DNA from: Candidatus Falkowbacteria bacterium
Lineage (GTDB): Bacteria; Patescibacteriota; Patescibacteriia; UBA11705; JACRDX01
DNA: 31,133 bases
Direction: 5' to 3'
Assembly (NCBI GenBank): GCA_016212745.1
Contig: JACRDX010000020.1
Span: forward strand, 1 to 31,133
This document shows positions 8,560-16,528 of the stretch, piece after piece. The notes under the pieces are model-generated. The model did no database searches. It was not told the origin of the DNA and saw only the letters and a program-made list of their open reading frames with translations. The translations under genes and the position numbers were made by a program. Position 1 is the first letter of the stretch; each line of letters opens with the position of its first letter.

Positions 8560-9888
8560 ATGGTTCGCACATTAAACATAGATTGCTTGAACAGCGTTGG
8601 GCAAGACGTTCTGGTTAAGGGTTGGATAAAAGCGCGACGCGACATGGGCAAAATTGTTTTTTTGGACATGCGTGACCGTTCTGGTTTGTTGCAAATTGTT
8701 ATTGTCCCAAAATTGTTGGATGTCGCGTCGCGCGGTTTTCTAGAAAAGTTGAAGCCAGAATTTTGTTTGTCAATTGTTGGAACAATAAATAAAAGAGAAA
8801 AACCAAATCTGAATTTGGAGACCGGCGAAGTTGAATTGTTGGCGAATCGCATTGATATTTTGGCAGAAGCAGAAGTTTTGCCATGGGAGCTTGGCGCTGA
8901 AATGAAAATGGACACGTTTTTGGACCATTTGCCATTGAATTATCGTGATGACAAAAACCGCGCGATATTCAAAATTCAGGCAGAAATAACAAAAATTTTT
9001 CGCGATTATCTTGTTGAACAAGGATTCACTGAAATCCAATTTCCCAAATTGATTAGCAGTGCCCCAGAAGGTGGTGCAAATGTTTTTACTTTGGATTATT
9101 TTGGCGCCAAAGCGTTTTTGGCGCAGAGTCCGCAGCTGTACAAACAAATTATGGTTGGCGTTTTTGAGCGGGTTTTTTGCATTGGCACTGTTTTTCGTGC
9201 GGAAAAGCACAATACAAATCGACATATTAACGAATACACCAGCTTGGATTTTGAAATGGGATTTATTGAAGACCCTCGCGATGTTCTGAAGGTTCAGCTT
9301 GATGTTTTGCGGGCAATAATAAAAAATTTGCAGGAAAAATGTTCAGCGGAATTTGAATTGTTAAAAGCAACATTTCCAAATTTGCCAGTGAATGTTCCAA
9401 TTTTAAAATTGCGCGAAGCACAAGCGCTTATTAAAAAAGAATTTGGCGAAGATTGCACAAAAGAGCCGGATTTTGAGCCGCATCAAGAGCGCTGGCTTGG
9501 TGAATACGCGAAACGTACATGGAATTCTGACTTTGTCATTGTAACGCACTACCCGACTGAAAAGCGCCCGTTTTACATAATGGACGATGCTAATGATGTT
9601 GGTTTTACAAAAAGTTTTGACATTTTGTTCCGCGGATGCGAGATTGTTACTGGCGGGCAGCGGCTAAATGATTGCAGCGCGCTTGTTGAAAAAATTAAAA
9701 AGTTCGGTTTAAAATCGCAAGATTTTTCATTTTATCTTGAAGCTTTTAAATATGGAATGCCGCCGGAAGGGGGGACGGGAATGGGATTGGAGCGGCTGAC
9801 TTGGCAAATGTTGGGGCTGGATAGCATAAAGCAGGCGACGTTGTTTCCGCGCGATCAGGGCAGAATTGATTTAGTGCTTGAAAAATGA
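8560..9888 (+). CDS. aspS: Aspartate--tRNA ligase, short archaeal/AspRS2-type (no GAD insertion)
   Basis: FLAQSPQLYKQ, FRAEKHNTNRHINEYTSLDFEM, EIVTGGQR, GMPPEGGTGMGLERL; ~442 aa. The ORF-track extension from 8464 only translates the hairpin. Confidence 0.92.
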   Translation: MVRTLNIDCLNSVGQDVLVKGWIKARRDMGKIVFLDMRDRSGLLQIVIVPKLLDVASRGFLEKLKPEFCLSIVGTINKREKPNLNLETGEVELLANRIDILAEAEVLPWELGAEMKMDTFLDHLPLNYRDDKNRAIFKIQAEITKIFRDYLVEQGFTEIQFPKLISSAPEGGANVFTLDYFGAKAFLAQSPQLYKQIMVGVFERVFCIGTVFRAEKHNTNRHINEYTSLDFEMGFIEDPRDVLKVQLDVLRAIIKNLQEKCSAEFELLKATFPNLPVNVPILKLREAQALIKKEFGEDCTKEPDFEPHQERWLGEYAKRTWNSDFVIVTHYPTEKRPFYIMDDANDVGFTKSFDILFRGCEIVTGGQRLNDCSALVEKIKKFGLKSQDFSFYLEAFKYGMPPEGGTGMGLERLTWQMLGLDSIKQATLFPRDQGRIDLVLEK

Positions 9889-9947
9889 CCAATTAAAATT
9901 TCTACCATAATTGGTCATTGGTCATTGGTCATTGGCAATTGGTCATT
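9886..9947. repeat. TTGGTCA heptamer array with inverted copy overlapping the aspS stop codon
   Basis: tgaccaatt...aattggtca ttggtca ttggtca ttggca attggtca. Confidence 0.8.
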
Positions 9948-9957
9948 ATCCGCATAT

Positions 9958-10254
9958 ATGCGTTTGTCTCGATTACAACAATATATTTTGCTGCAGGCAT
10001 TGTTAAGGCCAGCGCAGAAAATTAATCGTGATATTTTTTTGAATTTTTATAAAAAAGCGGGCCGTGAAATTAAGCCATCAATGCAGACAAAAATTATTAC
10101 GCGCAGCTTGGAAAGGTTGATTGATAAGGAATTGATGGTTGGTTATGGAGTGCGCACGCCGCACAAGTGGTTTATCAAAGAGGTGCGATTAACGACAAAA
10201 GGAAAAGTTGAAGCAAAAAGATTGCTGGGAGAGCAAATGGCATTACCGTTTTGA
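9958..10254 (+). CDS. Small basic hypothetical protein, possibly winged-helix
   Basis: MRLSRLQQYILL...ITRSLERLIDKELMVGYG...WFIKEVRLTTKGK; helix followed by a beta-wing LTxxG pattern (inference). Confidence 0.65.
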   Translation: MRLSRLQQYILLQALLRPAQKINRDIFLNFYKKAGREIKPSMQTKIITRSLERLIDKELMVGYGVRTPHKWFIKEVRLTTKGKVEAKRLLGEQMALPF

Positions 10255-10305
10255 AAACAATTTTCAAGGATCAAATATCAATTTACAGTTTTCATATAAT
10301 TTTCA

Positions 10306-10992
10306 ATGTTTGAAGTCTTGACAAAACAATTTACAGGGCCTTTGGATTTGCTGTTGCAATTGGTTGAAGAGCAGAAATTGGAAATTGCGAATGTTTCTTT
10401 GGCGCAGGTGACAGAGCAGTTTGTTGAGCAACTTGAAATTGTTAAAGAAAAAGAGCCGGAACTAATTCCGGATTTTCTTTCAATTGCAGCGCGTTTGATT
10501 GTTTTGAAATCGCGTGAGCTTTTGCCAGATTTTGAGGATGATGAAGAAGATGATATTGAAAAACAGTTAAAAATTTATAAAGAATTTTTAGAAGCCAGCA
10601 AAATGATTATGAAAATTGTTGCGGCTGGCAATTTTTCTTTTGGTAGGGAGCGGCCGCTGCGGCCGCTGGAAATAAAATTTTTGGCGCCGACAAACGCGAC
10701 TCCGGACCCTTTAAACGCTGCGTTTTGCGCGGCGCTCCAAAAAGTCGCGCCGCGCTGGGCATTGCCAAAAATGTTTATTGACAAAGAAATTACCATGCAA
10801 GAGCAGATTGATTTGCTGCGCGACTTAGTTCAAAAGCAAAAAAAATTGGATTTTCATAAGGCGTTTGTCAGCGCGAAAAGCAAAACCGAAATAATTGTTA
10901 ATTTTTTGGCGGCGCTTGAATTGTTAAAAGCAAAAATTATTGATGCAAAACAAACTCGTAATTTTTCCAGTATTATTATTCAGAAAACATAA
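10306..10992 (+). CDS. scpA: Segregation and condensation protein A (kleisin)
   Basis: FTGPLDLLLQLV, IAARLIVLKSRELLP, IIVNFLAALELLK. Confidence 0.95.
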   Translation: MFEVLTKQFTGPLDLLLQLVEEQKLEIANVSLAQVTEQFVEQLEIVKEKEPELIPDFLSIAARLIVLKSRELLPDFEDDEEDDIEKQLKIYKEFLEASKMIMKIVAAGNFSFGRERPLRPLEIKFLAPTNATPDPLNAAFCAALQKVAPRWALPKMFIDKEITMQEQIDLLRDLVQKQKKLDFHKAFVSAKSKTEIIVNFLAALELLKAKIIDAKQTRNFSSIIIQKT

Positions 10993-10995
10993 AAT

Positions 10996-11535
10996 ATGTT
11001 AAAAACGAAAATTCAGGCAATACTTTTTGTCGCAAATAAGCCGCTGTCAGCAAAACAAATTTGGACTTTTTTGAAAAAAGAAGATGATGCTAACATTAAA
11101 GTTGAAGACGTCTTTGCTGCGTTGACAACCATTGCGGCAGAATTAAACTACGAGCAGAGCGGCGTTCATTTATTGACAAATGGCGAAGATTTTCAGCTTG
11201 TTTCCAATCCAAATTTCGGAGCGTTGGTCAAGAAATTTTTGAAACAAGATTTGACCGGCGAACTTACTCCGGCCGGCTTGGAAACATTGTCTGTGATTGC
11301 TTATCGCGGGCCTGTCAGTAAGATTGATATTGAAGAAATTCGCGGCGTGAATTGCGGGCTGATTTTGAGAAATTTGATGATTCGTGGGCTGGTGGAAGCC
11401 AGCTCTGACGAGCTGCCGGTTTATCGCGCAACAACAGATTTTGTGAAATTTTTGGGAATTAATTCGTTGGAGCAGTTGCCAGATTTTGAACGATTGCATA
11501 ATATGAGCATTGGAAATGCTCCAATTAACAATTAA
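10996..11535 (+). CDS. scpB: Segregation and condensation protein B
   Basis: IQAILFVANKPL, LTPAGLETLSVIAYRGPVSKIDIEEIRGVN, YRATTDFVKFLGINSLEQLP. Confidence 0.96.
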   Translation: MLKTKIQAILFVANKPLSAKQIWTFLKKEDDANIKVEDVFAALTTIAAELNYEQSGVHLLTNGEDFQLVSNPNFGALVKKFLKQDLTGELTPAGLETLSVIAYRGPVSKIDIEEIRGVNCGLILRNLMIRGLVEASSDELPVYRATTDFVKFLGINSLEQLPDFERLHNMSIGNAPINN

Positions 11536-11546
11536 TAAGAAAAAAT

Positions 11547-11744
11547 ATGTCTTTAGAAAATGTAGCCGCAGCTGCCAGAAAAAAAACAGAAGAGGCGCTT
11601 AAACCAAAACCCGAAAACATTGCGGCTGAAGCGCTTGAAGAGTTGGAAGAAAAAGTTGAATCCGGAGAATGGGACCCAGAAGAATTTGGCGCGACAGAAG
11701 AGGTGGAACAAAAGACAATAAATGAACGGCCAGGGCGAGTATGA
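11547..11744 (+). CDS. Small acidic hypothetical protein (65 aa)
   Basis: Fills the gap between scpB and the carboxypeptidase, with an ATGA stop/start overlap at 11741-11744; Glu/Ala-rich. Confidence 0.6.
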   Translation: MSLENVAAAARKKTEEALKPKPENIAAEALEELEEKVESGEWDPEEFGATEEVEQKTINERPGRV

Positions 11745-12634
11745 TTTTGAAAGCTGCGCTGATTTTTTTGTTGACAATGAGCATGGGCAGTTTGGCTGCG
11801 CAAGATATTGTTCCGTTTCAAAAAGGCGGCGCAGCTGAGCCGCAAAAAATAGTTGCGGCAAACATTGGTGTAAAAGTGACTGCCAAAAAGTTTATTGTAA
11901 TTGATGTTGCTAGCGGCAAAATTTTGTTCGCCAAAAACGCGGCAGAGCAGCAGCCAATTGCCAGTATTACCAAATTGATGACATCGCTTGTTGTTTTGGA
12001 ACAAAATCCAAATTGGAAAAAAGAAGTTGAAATGATTGTGGCCGACGAGACCATTGGAGCAGCGCCGCATATTTATCGCGGAGAAAAGGTCACGTTTTAT
12101 GATTTGTGGAAAACAGCGCTGATTGCTTCTGACAATAACGCGATAAAAGCCATGTTGCGCGCGCTAGGTTTGAAAGAAAGTGAGTTTGTTGCGTTGATGA
12201 ATGATAAGGCGCGCGAGATTGGTTTGTTGACAACTGAATTTTCCGACCCGACAGGTTTGGACGAAGGCAATAAATCTTCGGCCATAGATGTCGCAAAATT
12301 GCTTCATTATGCGTTGCAGCAAAATGGAATTCGCGAAATGGTTTTGCAACGATCGTATGAATTTAAAATACTTAACAAAAAAATAAAATCGCGCAAAATT
12401 TTTACTACCGATTTTTTGCTGGCCAGTTTTTTGAATAATCCTGCGTATGGATACGAATTGTTTGGCGGCAAAACAGGATATACCATTGAAGCGGGTTTTT
12501 GCTTGGTCGTTGAATTAGCGAAAAATGACCATCAGATAATCATTGTGGTGCTGGACAGCGCGTCGCTTGATGACAGATTTAATGATGTAAAAGTGCTGGC
12601 TGACTGGGTTTATGAAAATTATAAATGGAAATAA
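11741..12634 (+). CDS. D-alanyl-D-alanine carboxypeptidase (peptidase S11)
   Basis: Signal peptide; SITK (SxxK), SDN (SxN) and KTG motifs. Confidence 0.93.
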   Translation: MILKAALIFLLTMSMGSLAAQDIVPFQKGGAAEPQKIVAANIGVKVTAKKFIVIDVASGKILFAKNAAEQQPIASITKLMTSLVVLEQNPNWKKEVEMIVADETIGAAPHIYRGEKVTFYDLWKTALIASDNNAIKAMLRALGLKESEFVALMNDKAREIGLLTTEFSDPTGLDEGNKSSAIDVAKLLHYALQQNGIREMVLQRSYEFKILNKKIKSRKIFTTDFLLASFLNNPAYGYELFGGKTGYTIEAGFCLVVELAKNDHQIIIVVLDSASLDDRFNDVKVLADWVYENYKWK

Positions 12635-12635
12635 T

Positions 12636-13736
12636 ATGCGGATAGGCATTGATTGCCAAGGAATTTTTGATGTTAAAACAGGGCGCGGCGCAGGGATTGG
12701 CCGGTATATTTTTTATTTGACATGCGCGTTGTTGCGCCAAAAAATTTCCGAAACAAAATTTGTTTTATTTTTTGACAAGAAAGCAAGCAGGGAAACAATT
12801 GATGAATTAAAAAAATGCGGAGAATTTGATGCGATTTTTATTGGTGACAAAATTCCATTTTTTAGTCGTCATGTTTATTTTCCGTGGATTATAAAAAACA
12901 GCCGAGTTGATTTTGTCATTTTTCCGGCTAATGCAATGCCGTTTTTTTGTTTTCAGCGCAGCATGGTCGTTATTCATGATTTGGCAATATATTTGCATCC
13001 AGAGTGGTTTCCGCGACAATTTTTTGCGACAAAAATTTTGGTACCATTTAGTTTGATAAAAGCGCAAAAAATTGTCGCGGTCTCAAATAATACGAAAAAT
13101 GATATTTTAAAAATTTTTCCGAATGTTGCGGATGATAAAGTTGAGGTTGTTTATCCGGGCATTTGTCTTCCCATAAAGATCGCGCCAAGTGTTGCGCCAG
13201 CGGAGAAATATATTGTCTTTGTTGGAACGTTAGAGCCGCGCAAAAATATAATTAATTTGCTGCGCGCGTTTATAAAATATGTGGACGAAACAGACGATGA
13301 TATTAAATTAAAATTGGTAGGCGCGTGGGGGTGGAAAACTGACGAAATTCGCAGGGAGCTGCGCACAGCGCAAGAAAAATATCCAACCAAAATTGAATTG
13401 CTTGAATCGTTGGATGATGAAGTAAAAACAAAAATTATCGCAGGCAGCAAAGCATTGTTGTTGCCATCTTTTTACGAGGGATTTGGTTTGCCGATTATTG
13501 AGGCAATGCAGCTCGGAGCGCCCGTTGTTTGCGGAAACAATTCATCAATGAAAGAAATCGCAGGCAATGCGGCGATATTGGTTGATGTAGAAAATGTGAC
13601 AGAACTTAAAGAAGCAATAAAAAAAATCCTCAGCGATAAATTATTTGTTGAAGAATTGGTGCGCAGAGGAAAAGAGGTTGTCAAGCAATTTGATTGGGAC
13701 AATGCGGCAAAAGAGATTTTACAAATCAATATTTAA
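12636..13736 (+). CDS. Glycosyltransferase family 4 (GT-B)
   Basis: MRIGID start, VVIHDLA, FVGTLEPRKN, LPSFYEGFGLPIIEAM. Confidence 0.93.
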   Translation: MRIGIDCQGIFDVKTGRGAGIGRYIFYLTCALLRQKISETKFVLFFDKKASRETIDELKKCGEFDAIFIGDKIPFFSRHVYFPWIIKNSRVDFVIFPANAMPFFCFQRSMVVIHDLAIYLHPEWFPRQFFATKILVPFSLIKAQKIVAVSNNTKNDILKIFPNVADDKVEVVYPGICLPIKIAPSVAPAEKYIVFVGTLEPRKNIINLLRAFIKYVDETDDDIKLKLVGAWGWKTDEIRRELRTAQEKYPTKIELLESLDDEVKTKIIAGSKALLLPSFYEGFGLPIIEAMQLGAPVVCGNNSSMKEIAGNAAILVDVENVTELKEAIKKILSDKLFVEELVRRGKEVVKQFDWDNAAKEILQINI

Positions 13737-14672
13737 TATTGAAATTTCCGGAGGACAAAATAATCTGGCACGGCTGCCACTTTCGCCTAGTCCGCGTGTG
13801 ATAAAAAGTTGCGCGGTTGGAAATTTGAAAAGCCCTTGGTCAAACGAGCGCCCAATGTACGTTGGAATGATTGCCAATGAACCAACGAGAGGCAGCCGAA
13901 TTTGTCCGCCATGCGTGTGTCCGCTCAAAATTAAATCTGCTGTTGCCGGATTTAGCAAAACAACATCTGGCGAGTGGGCGAGCAATATTTGTGGAATTTG
14001 TTTGTCTAAATTGTAAGTGGCTTTAGGATAATCGCCTTTGCCAGCGTCAGTTGAATCAAGCCCGACAAGATAAAATTTCGCGCCATGGATTGTTAAAAGT
14101 CGCGCTTCATTATTTAAAACTTGGATGCCGGTTTCCAAAAAGATTTTTTTCAAACCAGTTGTTCTGTCTTGGAATTCTGACTTATCGTCGTAATCAACAT
14201 TATATTCATGATTGCCCCAAACCGCGAAAACCAATGCACTGTTGGTCATTTTTTTTATTGGCGCGAAATATTTTGCTTCATTTTCTTTTTGATGTATAAA
14301 GTCGCCGCCCAACAAGATAATGTCAGGTTTTTGCGCGCTGACTTTTTCAATTATTTTTTCCAGAAATTTTTCTTTTTTGAATGGTCCAAGATGAAAATCC
14401 GAAATAAATGCTACTTTCAGGTTTTCAACTTGTGCTGTTTTGTTAATACTGATTTTTATTTGATTAACAATTATATTTTTTGGTTCAATAAAGCTGCCAT
14501 AAAAAACAATCGCACCAGTTATCCAAAAAAATAAAAGTAAAGTGATTTGCCAGTGTTTTTTCGTTATTTTTTTAAGCTTTTTAAGATTTAAAAAATGCCT
14601 TATTATGATGAATGTCATAAAAAAGGCAAATGCAAGATAACTGATAATTATGAAGTCAAAAATACAGGCCAT
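13719..14672 (-). CDS. Membrane-anchored metallophosphoesterase (YkuE/YaeI-like)
   Basis: Two N-terminal TM helices; SDFH, GGDF, GNHE, LAHSPD and GHTHGGQ motifs. Confidence 0.9.
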   Translation of the reverse strand: MACIFDFIIISYLAFAFFMTFIIIRHFLNLKKLKKITKKHWQITLLLFFWITGAIVFYGSFIEPKNIIVNQIKISINKTAQVENLKVAFISDFHLGPFKKEKFLEKIIEKVSAQKPDIILLGGDFIHQKENEAKYFAPIKKMTNSALVFAVWGNHEYNVDYDDKSEFQDRTTGLKKIFLETGIQVLNNEARLLTIHGAKFYLVGLDSTDAGKGDYPKATYNLDKQIPQILLAHSPDVVLLNPATADLILSGHTHGGQIRLPLVGSLAIIPTYIGRSFDQGLFKFPTAQLFITRGLGESGSRARLFCPPEISILNIDL

Positions 14673-14700
14673 TGATTTTATTTTTGATTTGTGTTATGCT
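14672..14700 (+). promoter_or_regulatory. Putative sigma70 promoter with extended -10 for the small Zn-ribbon gene
   Basis: TTGATT-17 bp-TATGCT preceded by TGn. Confidence 0.55.
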
Positions 14701-14734
14701 TGTTGCGAACTTGAAGGAGAAGGAGGGAACTGAA

Positions 14735-14941
14735 ATGGCAAGAAGCATCGTGCGGAGGTGCGGCAAGTGCGGCAAGTGGTTTAACGCGAGCAAAGTCGCG
14801 CGCGAAATGTTCAAAAGCGCCGAGGTTCAAGCGTGTTTGATCGTGTTCGGCGGTACGGTGAACGCGACTGCTGCCGTTTGCCCGCACTGCGGGCATGAAA
14901 ACGAGTTGGATCCGCCAATCAAGGCGGCTACGATCGCGTGA
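14735..14941 (+). CDS. Small zinc-ribbon-like protein (68 aa)
   Basis: Strong SD aaggagg before the ATG at 14735; CGKC...CPHC pairs; own promoter and terminator. Confidence 0.7.
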   Translation: MARSIVRRCGKCGKWFNASKVAREMFKSAEVQACLIVFGGTVNATAAVCPHCGHENELDPPIKAATIA

Positions 14942-14947
14942 AGTTGC

Positions 14948-14979
14948 GCGAGATGTTCAAAGAACGTCTCGCATTTTTT
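14948..14979 (+). terminator. Intrinsic terminator
   Basis: gcgagatgttc-aaa-gaacgtctcgc followed by atttttt. Confidence 0.75.
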
Positions 14980-15048
14980 ATTCCATCATTGGAAATTTCT
15001 TATTCCAACATTGAAAATTGTAAATTGAAAATTGAAAATTTTTTATGC

Positions 15049-15125
15049 TGGTACCAGGGGTGGGGATCGAACCCACGACCTAAGGGTTATGATTCCTTCG
15101 CTCTAACCAACTGAGCTACCCTGGC
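15049..15125 (-). tRNA. tRNA with CAU anticodon (elongator Met or Ile2), encoded CCA
   Basis: GCCAGGG TA GCTC AGTTGGTTA GAGC G AAGGA ATCATAA CCCTT AGGTC GTGGG TTCGATC CCCAC CCCTGGT A CCA folds into a cloverleaf. Confidence 0.95.
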
Positions 15126-15136
15126 TCATCCTTTGC

Positions 15137-15166
15137 TCCGCTTACGCTGGAGCTACGGCGGACAAG
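15137..15166. repeat. 30-nt palindromic repeat, intergenic copy of the family also found in folC and pth
   Basis: tccgcttacgctggagctacggcggacaag. Confidence 0.75.
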
Positions 15167-15190
15167 TTCGCGGATGAAGCAAGCGATTAA

Positions 15191-15241
15191 ATTATACCTA
15201 ATTTTCAAAATATTGCAACGATGTCATATATTTGATAGTAT
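15191..15241. promoter_or_regulatory. Divergent promoters sharing one palindromic -35 (tRNA on minus, small gene on plus)
   Basis: TTGCAA at 15213-15218; minus strand 16 bp to TATAAT (15191-15196); plus strand 17 bp to TAGTAT with TGn (15236-15241). Confidence 0.6.
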
Positions 15242-15275
15242 GAAAGCGGACAGCGGCAAACTGAAGGAGGCAAAG

Positions 15276-15527
15276 ATGACAATGCGTTTTGAATGCGGGT
15301 GCGGCAAGAGTATGCGTGTAGCAAAAGATGAGCTTGTCCGCGCGCAGACCACCCATGCAGGACGACTCGGATGTACGCCGGACGAGGTGCAGCCATTTGT
15401 TCCATGCGAATGCGGGAAACTGGCGCATCCTGAAGGAACAGAGGTGTCAGAACCTGATAGCCAGTCGTACAAATCAGGCGCGTCGTTTTCTGCTGCGCGT
15501 TTCGTTATTGATGAGCCGCGCGAATGA
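15276..15527 (+). CDS. Small Cys-containing hypothetical protein (83 aa)
   Basis: SD aaggagg 5 nt before the ATG at 15276; CGCG and CECG motifs; followed by a terminator. Confidence 0.7.
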   Translation: MTMRFECGCGKSMRVAKDELVRAQTTHAGRLGCTPDEVQPFVPCECGKLAHPEGTEVSEPDSQSYKSGASFSAARFVIDEPRE

Positions 15528-15545
15528 AGCGCTGAATTCCGCGGT

Positions 15546-15577
15546 GCTGGAACTGAAACATCAGTTCCAGCTTTTTT
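15546..15577 (+). terminator. Intrinsic terminator
   Basis: gctggaactga-aaca-tcagttccagc-tttttt. Confidence 0.85.
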
Positions 15578-15579
15578 AT

Positions 15580-15608
15580 TTGTCAAAAAATATTGAGTCG
15601 GATATAAT
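15580..15608 (+). promoter_or_regulatory. Putative sigma70 promoter of parAB
   Basis: TTGTCA-17 bp-TATAAT. Confidence 0.7.
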
Positions 15609-15636
15609 GGTTGAAGCACAAAATGTAAAATAATGT

Positions 15637-16401
15637 ATGGCACAGGTTATTTCTGTTGTAAATCAAAAAGGCGGAGTTGGTAAAACAACAACTGCTGTGA
15701 ATCTGGCCGCCTATTTGGCAGAGCATGGCAAATTTGTTTTGCTGGTTGATTTGGATCCGCAGGCAAATGCCACATCTGGTTTGGGCGTTGAATATCAAGA
15801 ACTGGAAAAAGGAATTTACGAAGCTTTGCTTGGCCAACATTCAATACACAACATTTTGCAACAAACAAGACACAATGGTTTTAAACTGGCGCCGTCAACG
15901 CCAAATTTAGCCGGCGCCAGTGTTGAGTTAGTAAATTTGGGTCGCAGAGAATATTGTTTGGCCGATGCATTATTGGGCATTAAAAGCGACTTTGATTATA
16001 TTTTGATTGATTGCCCGCCGTCATTGGGTTTGTTGACTGTCAATGGTTTGGTCGCAGCAGATCATGTTTTGATTCCAGTGCAAGCTGAATATTTTGCGCT
16101 TGAAGGATTAGGACAACTTTTGAACACGATAAATTTGGTGCGGCAAAACGTGAAACCAGAACTTAATATTTTAGGCGCTGTGATTACGATGTTTGATAAA
16201 CGGGTGAGGTTGTCATCGCAGGTAATGGAAGAGTTGTACAAATTTTTTCCAAATAAAATTTTCCGTTCTGTTATTCCACGTTCAGTGCGTTTGAGCGAAG
16301 CGCCGAGTCATGGATTGACAATTCATCATTATGATTCTGGTTCAACTGGCGCGAAAGCATACGAAAGATTGGCGAGAGAGGTGATAGAATTACTCGGATA
16401 A
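15637..16401 (+). CDS. parA: Chromosome partitioning ATPase ParA/Soj
   Basis: NQKGGVGKTTT, VDLDPQANAT, DCPPSLG, PVQAEYFALEGL, VRLSEAPSHG. Confidence 0.96.
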   Translation: MAQVISVVNQKGGVGKTTTAVNLAAYLAEHGKFVLLVDLDPQANATSGLGVEYQELEKGIYEALLGQHSIHNILQQTRHNGFKLAPSTPNLAGASVELVNLGRREYCLADALLGIKSDFDYILIDCPPSLGLLTVNGLVAADHVLIPVQAEYFALEGLGQLLNTINLVRQNVKPELNILGAVITMFDKRVRLSSQVMEELYKFFPNKIFRSVIPRSVRLSEAPSHGLTIHHYDSGSTGAKAYERLAREVIELLG

Positions 16402-16521
16402 TTCTAATAAATGACAAAGGACAAATTTCAAATGTCAATTCAATGACAAAATCCGAATATCAAAATTTGTCATTAGACATTTGGATTTGATTTGATATTT
16501 GATATTTGAAATTAAGAATTA
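16399..16521. repeat. AT-rich heptamer-periodic inverted repeat between parA and parB
   Basis: aatttcaaatgtcaa / ttgatatttgaaatt outer arms, aatgacaaa / tttgtcatt inner arms, tandem tttgata. Confidence 0.75.
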
Positions 16522-16528
16522 TTTAGTT

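Noticed and set aside
14700-15125. Integrative element or prophage at the tRNA
   Set aside because: No integrase and no duplicated tRNA 3' end (att) within the window.
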